NCBI GenBank assembly: GCA_963713045.1
Contig: CAVQKE010000005.1
Coordinates: 268,012-332,011 of the forward strand
Length of the DNA stretch: 64,000 nt
Reading direction: 5' to 3'
From: an uncultured delta proteobacterium
GTDB taxonomy: Bacteria > Myxococcota > Myxococcia > Myxococcales > Myxococcaceae
The notes beneath the pieces were generated by a model. That model searched no databases. It was not told where the DNA came from and was given only the letters and a program-made list of their open reading frames with translations. The first letter of the stretch is position 1. Each line of letters begins with the position of its first letter. The position numbers were made by a program, and so were the translations under genes. Of this stretch, positions 21,833 through 33,541 are shown piece after piece.

Positions 21833-22538
21833 CGTCGTGGTCGCCCCAACCCGGTCGCCACGATGCGAGGAGAGCGGCCGTGCGAGGCGCTCGCGCGGGT
21901 TCGATGCGTAGCTCGGCGGCGAGCCGGCGCAAATCCGCCGGCACGTCCACATCGTACGACGCTTCGGTGAAAGCCACCGGCAAGCCGAGTGTTCGCGCGT
22001 TCCCGAGCAGCGCATCGCGAGCATTCCCTGTGCCCAGCGGAGTCAACTCGAACAGGCGCGGGTGCATCGCCGACGCCCCGACAAGGTAGTAGCCGCCGTC
22101 CTCGGTCGGTCCCACCACCAACTCGTGGGTCTCCAGAAGCTGAAAGGCCGACTGTAGGGTGGCGAGGGGCAGGTGCGGACTGTCGCTGTCGACCGCAATC
22201 ACACGGCGGAACTCCGGGACGAAATGCTCGAAGGCCGAAACCAACGCGGCGCCGAGCCCGCTGCCGCGCTGGCCGACGACGTGTACCCTCGCCGGCAAGC
22301 GCGCTTGGATGTCGGCCACCTCCTCAGAAGGGCACATCACGGCCACGTGGACGCGAGAGAGTTTCTGCACCAGCGTCAACGTGTCGCGCAGCATGGCCTC
22401 GGCGAGCTGGACGACGTCGGCTGCCGGGTACGCGCCGGCCAGTCTCGTCTTGGCGAAACCTTCCCGGGGAGCCTTCGCCATGACCACGACGGCCCCACGC
22501 ATTTCTTTGGTTCGGCAATCGACACTGCTTCGGCTCAT
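21816..22538 (-). CDS. DUF2064 family nucleotidyl/glycosyl-transferase-like protein
   Basis: VVVMAKAPREGFAKTRLAGAY, VIAVDSDSPHLP and VVGPTEDGGYYLVGAS match my memory of the DUF2064 (TIGR04282-type) signature. The ATG overlaps the upstream stop (ATGA). Confidence 0.7.
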   Translation of the reverse strand: MSRSSVDCRTKEMRGAVVVMAKAPREGFAKTRLAGAYPAADVVQLAEAMLRDTLTLVQKLSRVHVAVMCPSEEVADIQARLPARVHVVGQRGSGLGAALVSAFEHFVPEFRRVIAVDSDSPHLPLATLQSAFQLLETHELVVGPTEDGGYYLVGASAMHPRLFELTPLGTGNARDALLGNARTLGLPVAFTEASYDVDVPADLRRLAAELRIEPARAPRTAALLASWRPGWGDHDDERAG

Positions 22539-23248
22539 TTCACGGGTCCGGGTTCGGTTCGACTCGTCGCCGCGCCGAGCCGGTTCTTCAGGATGCCCGC
22601 GAGGATGCACCAGGCGGCGCCGATCGAGCCTCGCACCGTTCCGCTAATCTTCGAAACGCCGATGCGCCGATGGTAGCTGACGGGGACCTCCGTCACTCTG
22701 TAGCCGCGCATCGCGCCGCGCGTCACCAACTCGACGGGCCAGCCGTAGGTCATCTCGCGTAAGTCGAGGGCCCGCAGCACTTCGGAGCGCGCGGCCCGGA
22801 ACGGCCCGAGATCCGTCAACGAGACACCGTACAGCAACTGGATCAACGTCGCCGCAAGGCGGTTCCCGAACACGGCGTGCCACGGCATCGCCCCTGGCTC
22901 AAGACCGCCGGCAAGTCGCGATCCGAGGACGATGTCTGCGGAACCTTCGCGGATCGGGTCGAGCAGACGCCCCAGCTCGCAAGGCCGGTCACTGTAATCC
23001 CCGTCGAGGAATACGACGGTGTCCGGTTCCTTCGCGGCTGCCAGGCCAGCCAGGCAGGCGCGACCGTATCCGCGACGTGGCTCGACGATGACACGCGCGC
23101 CACGCGCGGCTGCAATCTCCCGGGTCCCGTCAGTCGAGTCAGCATCGACGACCAGCACTTCCGTGACCAGGGACGCAGGAAGTTCGTCCAGGACGCGTGC
23201 GATGGACCCAGCCTCGTTGTAGGTGGGGATGACAACGCTGACTCGCAT
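22535..23248 (-). CDS. family 2 glycosyltransferase, Dpm1/GtrB-like polyprenyl-phosphate glycosyltransferase
   Basis: ATG at 23248 inside track ORF 22535..23422. MRVSVVIPTYNEAGSI, VLVVDADSTDGT and VFLDGDYSD (DxD) are GT2 motifs. Confidence 0.85.
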   Translation of the reverse strand: MRVSVVIPTYNEAGSIARVLDELPASLVTEVLVVDADSTDGTREIAAARGARVIVEPRRGYGRACLAGLAAAKEPDTVVFLDGDYSDRPCELGRLLDPIREGSADIVLGSRLAGGLEPGAMPWHAVFGNRLAATLIQLLYGVSLTDLGPFRAARSEVLRALDLREMTYGWPVELVTRGAMRGYRVTEVPVSYHRRIGVSKISGTVRGSIGAAWCILAGILKNRLGAATSRTEPGPVK

Positions 23249-23259
23249 CCGGAATCGAC

Positions 23260-23886
23260 CTATCCGAGGCGCCAACCCGGACGGCGGCGCGCGATCAGGC
23301 CGTCGAGGCCCCACCTGCGCCCGGAACGCACCGAGGCGAGGCTGAATGCGACGATGATGGGCATGCCCAGCTCCCATATCCAAGCGCTGCCGAATTCCGA
23401 CAGCCACAGGGTGAAGAGCCACGCTCCGGCGGCGGCCGCCGCGGCGCGGCTGGCCGCCCCCGCCACGAGGAGCACGCCAAGCCCGAGCTCGGTCGCAGCC
23501 TGGAGCGGCGCGGCGACCCGCGCGTTGGCTGCAGCCATGGACATGACGCTTTTCCAGACGCCGGGTGCGTGCCCATTCTTCAGGTAGTAGTCGATGACTC
23601 CCTGGTACCCAGCCGGTGTGTACGCGCCTTTCCCCAGGTTTTCGAAGAAAACCCAGACGAACATCGTGCCGAGGGCCACACGCAACACCGCCAGCGCGCG
23701 CTGCTCCCTGGAAGCATTGTTGTCCACAGGACCCCTCACTTTCCCAGTCGTTGCCTCGCCATTATAGCCCACAGGGTCCGCGGTCGAGACGAGCGGGATT
23801 CTTACTGTTCCAGCGGTGCCGGTGTGTTGACGGTCCAAGACCTGTGCGCCGACTCTGGCACTATTCTGCGTCGGCCACGGTGGCAC
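23260..23886 (-). CDS. DoxX-like small membrane protein, start uncertain
   Basis: Four hydrophobic segments beginning ALAVLRVALGTMFVWVFFENLGKG. The stop is 11 nt before the GT2 start. The track start is GTG at 23886. An alternative GTG at 23739 is closer to the first helix. Confidence 0.5.
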   Translation of the reverse strand: MPPWPTQNSARVGAQVLDRQHTGTAGTVRIPLVSTADPVGYNGEATTGKVRGPVDNNASREQRALAVLRVALGTMFVWVFFENLGKGAYTPAGYQGVIDYYLKNGHAPGVWKSVMSMAAANARVAAPLQAATELGLGVLLVAGAASRAAAAAAGAWLFTLWLSEFGSAWIWELGMPIIVAFSLASVRSGRRWGLDGLIARRRPGWRLG

Positions 23887-23948
23887 TCATGGTTGTTAGG
23901 CCAACGCGGGGGGGGGCCACGAGTTGAGAAGCACCTCCCTGCAACACC

Positions 23949-25016
23949 TTACTTCCTGGTTTGGATTGGCTCATCCAGGAAGCACTGGACCTCCCGCAAC
24001 AGCATCATCCGGTTTTTCTCCCGGTCCACCGTGTGTGTCCCCTCGCCCAACTCGATGTAACGCTTCGAGGGCGAGTTCACGAGCCGCACGAACAAGGACT
24101 GGGCCATATAGCTGGGCGTGATGTTGTCCCACTCGGCTTTGATGAGCAGGACTGGAACGCGGATGTCCTTGACGTCAAAGGGAATGGTTGCCCCACTTTC
24201 GTAGCGCATGACGTCGAAGAGGGCTCCATTGGGAGCCCGGAACACCGGAGGATGCTGCTGCCAACCCTCGGGGTCGGTGTCAAGCTGAGCCGAGGCCCAA
24301 GCGTCGAGCCACCCTTCTGGTATCAGGTCAGCCTTCTTGTCCTCCGGGACTCCCGCGAGCGCTTCGGCTCTGAGCTGTGCAGCTGTAAAGGAACTGTAGG
24401 CCCCGAACTGGCCAGCGGCAGGGGGCGCCATCGAAGGCGTCTGGCGAATCCAGAGGGGCCCATACAGAACCAGCTTGTTGACGTTGGTGTTGTTCTTTGC
24501 GGCGTACCACTGAGCGATGAAGGTTCCCCAGGACCATGCCAGCACATCGAGCTTGCCAATGCCTCGCCGGTGCTTGATGAACTCAACCACGGCGGCCACG
24601 TCCCGGACGGCCTCTTCCGTTGTCGCAACGGGCGCCGACTCAGCGGGGGGCAGACTCATCTGGGGCGGGCGCGTGGAGCGGCCGTAACCGCGGACATCCA
24701 TCAGGTAGACGTCGTAGCCATCGTCAGCAATGAAGTCCATCCACGAGAAGCCGCCGAGGCTCAGGTCGAAGGTGCTTTCCGAAGGGCCAACTGCTCCATG
24801 GATGAAGAGCACGGTCTTTGTTGCTTCGAAACTCGTCATCGTCGATGGGTGCTTATTCCGGACAAAGATGTCGATTCCAGGGTCGCTGTGGACCTTGAAC
24901 TCCTCCATTGCCAGGCTGGTACCCGGGTTGGGCGGTGTCGCAGCCTCCGCAGCAGAATAGGCGAGCAGAAGGCCCATCAGATTTACGCCCAACTGTAGAA
25001 TTAACGACGAGTGCAT
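23949..25016 (-). CDS. secreted alpha/beta-hydrolase
   Basis: ATG at 25016 (MHSSLILQLGVNLMGLLLAYSAAEAA signal). Nucleophile elbow AWSWG. YLMDVRGYGRS is typical of the fold. Confidence 0.75.
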   Translation of the reverse strand: MHSSLILQLGVNLMGLLLAYSAAEAATPPNPGTSLAMEEFKVHSDPGIDIFVRNKHPSTMTSFEATKTVLFIHGAVGPSESTFDLSLGGFSWMDFIADDGYDVYLMDVRGYGRSTRPPQMSLPPAESAPVATTEEAVRDVAAVVEFIKHRRGIGKLDVLAWSWGTFIAQWYAAKNNTNVNKLVLYGPLWIRQTPSMAPPAAGQFGAYSSFTAAQLRAEALAGVPEDKKADLIPEGWLDAWASAQLDTDPEGWQQHPPVFRAPNGALFDVMRYESGATIPFDVKDIRVPVLLIKAEWDNITPSYMAQSLFVRLVNSPSKRYIELGEGTHTVDREKNRMMLLREVQCFLDEPIQTRK

Positions 25017-25426
25017 GAGGCCCTCTCCGCTATTCTCGGCCTTGAGGTGGCGGCCGCCGGACCTCACATGGTGAGTGTCGCCGACCCCGCCGTCACAATG
25101 GTGACGTGACAGCAGAGGGGCTTAACCGCGGACATAGAGCCTCGGCAACACGCCGTTGTCAGGGTTAGCGATGCCATCCGGGTCGGCCTCAGCCACCTGG
25201 AGGCTCTTGGGCGTCTGGAACTCCCACAGCTGAGATGCAGGCAGGAAGCCCACAGACACGTGGTCCAAATGGCCTTCTTTAGCAGCAGTTGGTCGCGGCG
25301 AAGAGTGACTCAGGTGAAGTGGGCTTGCTCGGCCCGGCATCGGTGGGTGGCCCCCTCGCCCATGCAGAAGACTGCTTCTGGCGAGGGAACATCAAGAGGC
25401 TACCAAAATCAGCGTGACTTCAGTTC

Positions 25427-26308
25427 CTACTTGGTTCGGATAAATCCGAAGGTAGCTCCGGCCGAGTTTACATAGAAGCCGACGATGGTACCCGAAGGAT
25501 TAATCCCGGATGCGCCAGTGCCCTGACCGGAGCTTGTGCCGGCGTCCGGTGCTTCGAAGGTCGTGAAAACGCCCTTGCTGAGGATGAAAGCGCCGGCGAC
25601 GCCGTTGGCGTCGGCGTATTGGCCTACGACATCGCCCTCGGCGTTACCACCTCCAGCAAACGTGAATACCGCACCTGGAACGTCAATGGTGGTGTACGTC
25701 CCGTGGTCAAGCACGTACCCATGAGAGTTTCCGGCACTATCAATGTAAAAACCGACGACTTTGCCGGAAGGGCTAACAGTACTGGCCGCACTGCTGATTG
25801 CCCCGGGTGGGTCGAAGCTCGTAAAGACGCCCTTTTTAGAGAGTACAAAACTGTGGGTGATCGTGTTGCAGAGGGGCGCGTCACAGGATTCTCCTGAGAT
25901 TTCACCCGATGGACTGATACCAGTCAGAATGGTGCCGGCCGCCCCTGGGAAGTCGCACGTTGTGTATGTTCCCTCATTCAGAACAAAACCGCGGCTGATG
26001 CCCGACGCATCCAGATAACCGCCAACAATCACTCCCTCCGGATTGATAAAGTTAGGAGTCGTAAACGCGGAACCCGGAGGATCGAACGACGTGAATGTGC
26101 CCCCTTTCGTCAACGTGAAGCCGTGAGTGACGCCAGAGGTGTCGGTATAATCACCGACGCTCGTGCCTTCTGGATTGGGGCCGCCGGTTAAAATGGTGGT
26201 CACCGCACCAGGAAATTGGACGGTCGTAAACTCTTGTGCCGACGCAGCCGACGGTACAAACGAGACGCTGATCGGCAAAACGACAAAGAAGCGAAGTATT
26301 TTGTGCAT
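25427..26308 (-). CDS. secreted six-repeat (~44 aa unit) beta-propeller-like protein, HAF-repeat-like
   Basis: ATG at 26308 (MHKILRFFVVLPISVSFVPSAASAQE). Six units of the pattern FT(T/S)FD.PGA...T...GI.P.G.(I/V)VG.Y.D..G..HGF(V/L)L..G. Confidence 0.7.
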   Translation of the reverse strand: MHKILRFFVVLPISVSFVPSAASAQEFTTVQFPGAVTTILTGGPNPEGTSVGDYTDTSGVTHGFTLTKGGTFTSFDPPGSAFTTPNFINPEGVIVGGYLDASGISRGFVLNEGTYTTCDFPGAAGTILTGISPSGEISGESCDAPLCNTITHSFVLSKKGVFTSFDPPGAISSAASTVSPSGKVVGFYIDSAGNSHGYVLDHGTYTTIDVPGAVFTFAGGGNAEGDVVGQYADANGVAGAFILSKGVFTTFEAPDAGTSSGQGTGASGINPSGTIVGFYVNSAGATFGFIRTK

Positions 26309-26580
26309 GCGAAGCTCCTTTCCCCGCATCGAGAACGCGTCCGAAACCTGTGCGCGTTCGGTAAGAACCGTGAAAAGCTTTCAAGAGTGCATCTCATCGC
26401 AATGCAATCGGCACCCCGAGCCGAGGAAGGTGCGCGATGTGGGTTCCCCTGTTGGTCTCTAAATTTCGGCTCAGTTAGACCGCCACCTGGCGTCCTAAGT
26501 GCCATGAAGGGTACGGTTCGTTTGGTCCATCGCCTAGGTCCAATTCATGGCAAGTTGATTGGACCAAGGGGAGCCCCGCA

Positions 26581-28089
26581 ATGACCGACGCCAGGCCTTC
26601 GTCGGAGTTCCCGCTGATGCTGGACCTCTCTGGCGGGCGGTCCCTGCAGCTCGCGGTTCACGACGCGCTTCGCGCCGCCATCCTTGACCGGCGCCTCGGC
26701 GCGGGCGCACGCCTTCCAGCGACTCGAGACCTTGCTCATCAGCTCGGCGTCGCGCGAGGAACGGTGGTCCTCGCATACGAGCAGCTCAGCGCCGAGGGCT
26801 ACTTCCGCTGCGCTCGCGGGGCCGGCACCTTCGTTGTGGAGACGCTGCCAGATGGCTGGTTTTCGCCCGCAACCCGTGCCTCTTCCTCTCGCAAGCGCCG
26901 ACTCTCGGTCACGCTATCGGAGCGCGGCTCTTCGCTTGCTAAAGGGCTCTTCCCGGTGGCCGCACCCGGGCCACCGAGGCCATTTCTGCCCTACACGCCA
27001 GCGGTCGACTTGTTCCCGCGCATTCGTTGGGGGCAGCTGATGGCGCGTCAGGCGCGAAGGTCAGAGCCCCGGCGTTTCCGGGACGTGGACGTTCGCGGAT
27101 ATCGTCCGCTGCGTGAGGCACTCGCGGAGCACCTGCGTGTGTCACGAGGAGTCCGTTGTGACGCCGACCGAATCCTCATCTTTTCGGGCGTCCATCAGGC
27201 GCTCGATGTCGCTTCTCGCCTCCTGCTCGACCGAGGCGATTCAGTTTGGATGGAGGATCCGGGCTACTTTGGCGCCCGCCGTGTCCTCGAGGCGTCGGGG
27301 CTGAAGCTTGTGCCGGTACCGGTCGACCGTGCCGGCTTGGACGTTTCGAGAGGCATCGCCACCGCCCCCCGCGCGCGGCTCGCGTATGTGACCCCTGCCC
27401 ACCAAGCGCCGTTGGGCACCACACTGTCACTGGAGCGTCGGATGCTCCTCATCGGATGGGCCGACGCGGCCGGCGCCTGGGTTTTCGAGGACGACTACGA
27501 CAGTGAATTCCGCTACGAGGGGAGACCTCTCCCGGCCATGCAGGGCCTTGACGATCGCGATGTCGTCCTGCATGCAGGGACGCTTAGCAAGTCAATGTTT
27601 CCTGGGCTGCGTTTGGCGTATCTCGTCGTCCCCGACGCGCTCGTCGACTCCTTCTCTGCGGGGATGTCCGCGCTGCACCGCTACGTCGCGCTTCTCCCGC
27701 AGGCCGTGGCTGCGGAATTCATCACCAGCGGAGAGCTGGGCCGTCATTTGCGGCGCATGCGCAGTGTCTACGCCGAGCGCCGGCTCGCGCTGGTGTCCGC
27801 AATCGCTTCCGAGCTCGGTGACCAGCTCGAGGTCCTCGGCTCGATGTGCGGGATGCAGGTCTTAGCGCGGTTTAAGACCAACGCGAATGATCGGGCCATT
27901 TGCCGGCTGGCATTCGAGAACCAATTGGAGATGTTGCCACTTTCAAAGTTCGCCATTCGTCCGCTTCGCCCGGGAGGACTTGTCCTCGGGTTCGCCGCTG
28001 TGGACTCCGGACAGACAAAACGTGCGGTGCCTCGCCTGCGGGCAGTCATTGAGAGCACGCCGAACACCCTCGAAGATGCGAGCCGATAG
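26581..28089 (+). CDS. MocR/PdxR-type regulator (GntR wHTH fused to a class I aminotransferase-like domain)
   Basis: 502 aa. LPATRDLAHQLGVARGTVVLAYEQLSAEGY is a GntR HTH. The C-terminal ~350 aa are aminotransferase-like (LHAGTLSKSMFPGLRLAY carries the PLP lysine context). Confidence 0.85.
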   Translation: MTDARPSSEFPLMLDLSGGRSLQLAVHDALRAAILDRRLGAGARLPATRDLAHQLGVARGTVVLAYEQLSAEGYFRCARGAGTFVVETLPDGWFSPATRASSSRKRRLSVTLSERGSSLAKGLFPVAAPGPPRPFLPYTPAVDLFPRIRWGQLMARQARRSEPRRFRDVDVRGYRPLREALAEHLRVSRGVRCDADRILIFSGVHQALDVASRLLLDRGDSVWMEDPGYFGARRVLEASGLKLVPVPVDRAGLDVSRGIATAPRARLAYVTPAHQAPLGTTLSLERRMLLIGWADAAGAWVFEDDYDSEFRYEGRPLPAMQGLDDRDVVLHAGTLSKSMFPGLRLAYLVVPDALVDSFSAGMSALHRYVALLPQAVAAEFITSGELGRHLRRMRSVYAERRLALVSAIASELGDQLEVLGSMCGMQVLARFKTNANDRAICRLAFENQLEMLPLSKFAIRPLRPGGLVLGFAAVDSGQTKRAVPRLRAVIESTPNTLEDASR

Positions 28090-28408
28090 ATGGGCACAGC
28101 GCCGAAACCACCAAGACGAACCGACCGCGAGGAAGGTGGATTGGTACCCAGTCTGAGCGTTGCGGCGCACAAGCGACTCACGATTCCACACTCATCACAA
28201 TTGGTGGTTTACCCGCTTCACTCCCCTCCGGTGTGACAAGGTGCAGCGAGACTTTGCAATGGATTCTTCGGACTGTTTCGGGGGGCCGAGATGCTTTCGG
28301 GTCTCAGGCAGTAGGAATGGTTGACCCCTTGCGACGAGCGGGGGTTCGGGCTGTGCGAAACCAGAATGCTTCGGGCGTGTAGTTTCCCGCCCTGGTGGAG
28401 GGGACCGC

Positions 28409-30178
28409 TTGTCACTGCCTCCCGGCACGCCAGTCGGTCGCTACGTCGTCCGCCGGAAAATCGCTGAGGGCGGAATGGCAGAGGTGTACCTAGCGTCAGC
28501 GAAAGGGCCGGCGGGATTCACCAAGGACGTGGTCATCAAGCGCGTCAGGCCGGTGTTGGTGGCTGACCCTGGCTTCGTAAAGATGTTCGTCTCCGAAGCT
28601 CAGCTCGCCAGTCAACTGAACCACCCGAACATTGTTCAGACTTTCGATTTTGACCTGCATGGTGACAGCTACTACCTGGCCATGGAGTACGTGCATGGCA
28701 AATCCTTAGCCGAGGTCCTGGCTCGTGCCGGAGGAGCGGGACTCAATCCCGTGCTCATTGCGCAGGTTGGGCTCGAAATCGCTCGGGGATTGGCGCACGC
28801 CCACCGCCTTGAACTTGTCCATCGTGACGTCTCGCCGCACAACATCCTCGTGTCGTTTGAAGGCGCGGTGAAGCTGACAGACTTTGGAATCGCTAAGAGG
28901 GCCGACCATGCATCGAACAGCGGAATGCTCAAAGGCAAGTTCGCTTACATGGCGCCAGAGCAAGCGCGAGGTGAACCGGTCGACGCGCGGAGTGACATCT
29001 TCTCGCTCGGCATCATCCTTTGGGAGATGCTGACCGGGCGGCGACTTTTCGAAGGGGAGAGCGACCTCGCGCTGCTCCGTGCGGTTCAGCAGGGGCCCAT
29101 CGAACTACCCTCAGGGCTGAACCCCCTTTGCGATTCCGAGTTGGAGAGCACCCTGATGCGCGCACTGGACCGAGAACCGGGCGCCCGGTTCCAGACGGCC
29201 GAGGAATTGGAGCGATGCCTATTCCAATACGTGATTGGTCACGCGCGAACCTCTGAGGACACCAGTCTCGGTGCCCTGATGCGCGGTCTCTTTTCAGAGG
29301 AGGTCGGGACAGCCGAGCAGTCGGGAAGAGAGCCGCTCCTTCTGACCCCGAGCAGGGAGAGTCCGGGCAAGGAATCGACCACCGGGCGCACGACGCCTAG
29401 CCGCCGGCGCCGACGCTCGCGCGTGTTGGGGATGGGAACCGTCGTCATCCTCTGCATTGGCGCGCTGGTGGTGACGGTTGGCCCCTCAAGCGCGCAGCGC
29501 GTGCCGGCGAACGCAAGCCCCAGCCTCGGCTTGCAGGCCCCTCTGGTGGACCTGGCTGCGTGGCTGTCGCTTTCTGAATTGTTGCCCTGGCCGGTGGCTT
29601 TGGTTGCCCTTCTCACAGGCGCTTTCCTCCTCGTTGCCGGAGGTGGAAAGGCGTTCCGAGTGATTGCTTCACCGCTCGGTGCCTTCCTCGGGTGGCTTCT
29701 TGGTGAGGCTCTGGCGGCTCCCTTAGGACTCGTCGGTTACGAGGGAGTCCTCGGCCTCAGCCTGGCCGTCTTGCTCTTCGCTGCCGGTCTGTTTGCGCCA
29801 GCAGTCATGGTGGCCATCGCTTTAGGGGTGCCGGTGGGGCTCGGCTTCGGTGTCCTGCTCGGAACGCCAAACTTTCTGATTGGCTTCCTCCCGGCTGCGG
29901 CGCTTGGAGGAGCAATTGCCGGGTTTCTCCACCGCCCTCTGCGCGCCTTGGTGGCGACGACGGCGGGTGTGGCGATCGGGATGCTCGGTCTCCTCCGGCT
30001 GCTACAGGAGGTCCCGTTTGCTGCTGAGCTGCGCCGAACGCACCCGGGATGGCTTCTCGGTGTAGCCGCGACCTTTGCGTTTGGCGGCGCATTGCTTCAA
30101 CTCGCGAGATGGACGCCGTCCGGCGAGCCTTCGGCCGGTGCCCCGGACCAGGGTCTGGAAAGCGATGGCATGCCGTAG
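28409..30178 (+). CDS. Ser/Thr protein kinase fused to a polytopic C-terminal membrane domain
   Basis: TTG start. GRYVVRRKIAEGGMAEVYLA, VVIKRV, HRDVSPHNILV, DFGIAK and YMAPEQ are kinase motifs. About 7 hydrophobic segments follow residue 340. Confidence 0.88.
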   Translation: MSLPPGTPVGRYVVRRKIAEGGMAEVYLASAKGPAGFTKDVVIKRVRPVLVADPGFVKMFVSEAQLASQLNHPNIVQTFDFDLHGDSYYLAMEYVHGKSLAEVLARAGGAGLNPVLIAQVGLEIARGLAHAHRLELVHRDVSPHNILVSFEGAVKLTDFGIAKRADHASNSGMLKGKFAYMAPEQARGEPVDARSDIFSLGIILWEMLTGRRLFEGESDLALLRAVQQGPIELPSGLNPLCDSELESTLMRALDREPGARFQTAEELERCLFQYVIGHARTSEDTSLGALMRGLFSEEVGTAEQSGREPLLLTPSRESPGKESTTGRTTPSRRRRRSRVLGMGTVVILCIGALVVTVGPSSAQRVPANASPSLGLQAPLVDLAAWLSLSELLPWPVALVALLTGAFLLVAGGGKAFRVIASPLGAFLGWLLGEALAAPLGLVGYEGVLGLSLAVLLFAAGLFAPAVMVAIALGVPVGLGFGVLLGTPNFLIGFLPAAALGGAIAGFLHRPLRALVATTAGVAIGMLGLLRLLQEVPFAAELRRTHPGWLLGVAATFAFGGALLQLARWTPSGEPSAGAPDQGLESDGMP

Positions 30179-30379
30179 TGGCTGAGGCTGGCAACGGTGT
30201 TGCGAGCTCCGGACGCTCCCAGACGCAATGGACAGTCGAGGCGTGGACGCCGAGCCTCTCGGCACCTGGCAGACGCTCAAGAGCCACTCACCACAACGGT
30301 TAGCGCCTTCAGGCTCGCAGCTTGTGTCCCGTCTATGTGTCCAGGTTCGACGCGCTGCGCGGACGTGCCAACGACTTGG

Positions 30380-30866
30380 TTACCCGCGGCGACAGTGCGG
30401 GCAGAGGCCCTCGACCTGGACTCGAACGGTGCGGACCTCGAACCCATGCACATCGTGCGGGGAGGGCCGGAATGCATCTAGCCGGCGATCATGGAGATCG
30501 AGCACCTTCCGACAGCGGATACAGACCAGGTGGTGGTGAGGGCGGCCGGCGCCGGTTCCGGGAAGCGCCGCCTCGTAGCGTCCATGCTCGTGGAGGCTGT
30601 TCACGTCGCTCACCGCGCCGATGGCGCGCAGCGCTTCGAGGTTCTTGTACACGGTGGCCAGGGACAGGCGAGGGAGCCGCTCCCGCACAGCCCGGTGGAT
30701 TCTGCTCGGCGCTGGGATGCTCCCAGGACGTGGCCAGCATGGCGAAGATTGCTCGGCGCTGCTCGGTGACCAGGAGACCATTGGCCCGGCAATGGGCGAT
30801 GAAGGCCGCCTCGTCGGCCGTGGCGCGCGTGTGGTCGACAGCACGCACCTTGCGTGCTCGCCTCAT
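30380..30866 (-). pseudogene. Fur/PerR family metalloregulator, single frameshift near 30700
   Basis: The N-terminus is in ORF 30489..30866 (FIAHCRANGLLVTEQRRAIFAMLATSWEHPSAEQ). The rest is in ORF 30380..30844 (IHRAVRERLPRLSLATVYKNLEAL...HHHLVCIRCRKV...CPHC). They join at cagAAtcc. Confidence 0.8.
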
Positions 30867-31066
30867 GTCACACCTCCTCTGGCGACGACGGAAGGCTTCA
30901 CCAGCTCCTCGCCCGGACCGCCGGCGGCCGGGCAGGCCTGGCCTCGGCCCGGACCTCCCGCAGCATCTTGGCGAAGCGACCGCCGTGAGATTTCTGGCGC
31001 GGCGGACCAGCGTCCCCCAAGGGACTCCGGTTGTTCCTCCGCGTCACCTGCTCCAGCCTTTGGGAA

Positions 31067-33325
<2,259 letters not shown>

Positions 33326-33541
33326 TCAACGACATCGGCATGGACCCCGAATCCAGAGGAGCTAGCACAACCGCGGCCGCCCCCCGGCGAAGGTGACAAG
33401 CGCTCCCCTTCCGGGCCAGCCCGTCAACGGGTAGAGGTCGTCGAGTTTCGGACCTCTTCGAAGGTGATGGCCGGGGCCCTCTGGCGGTGAGGCTGATATT
33501 CGAAAGTCGACGAACCCGTTCGGGGCAACACGCATGAGGAA

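Noticed and set aside
23856-23896. Two TGGCAC hexamers near the DoxX start.
   Set aside because: The -12-like GC is off by one base in both. They also point towards the 3' end of a convergent gene.
25122-25340. 72-aa minus-strand ORF downstream of the 6-blade repeat gene.
   Set aside because: No motif or signal and weak codon bias. It could be a remnant, but I cannot support it.
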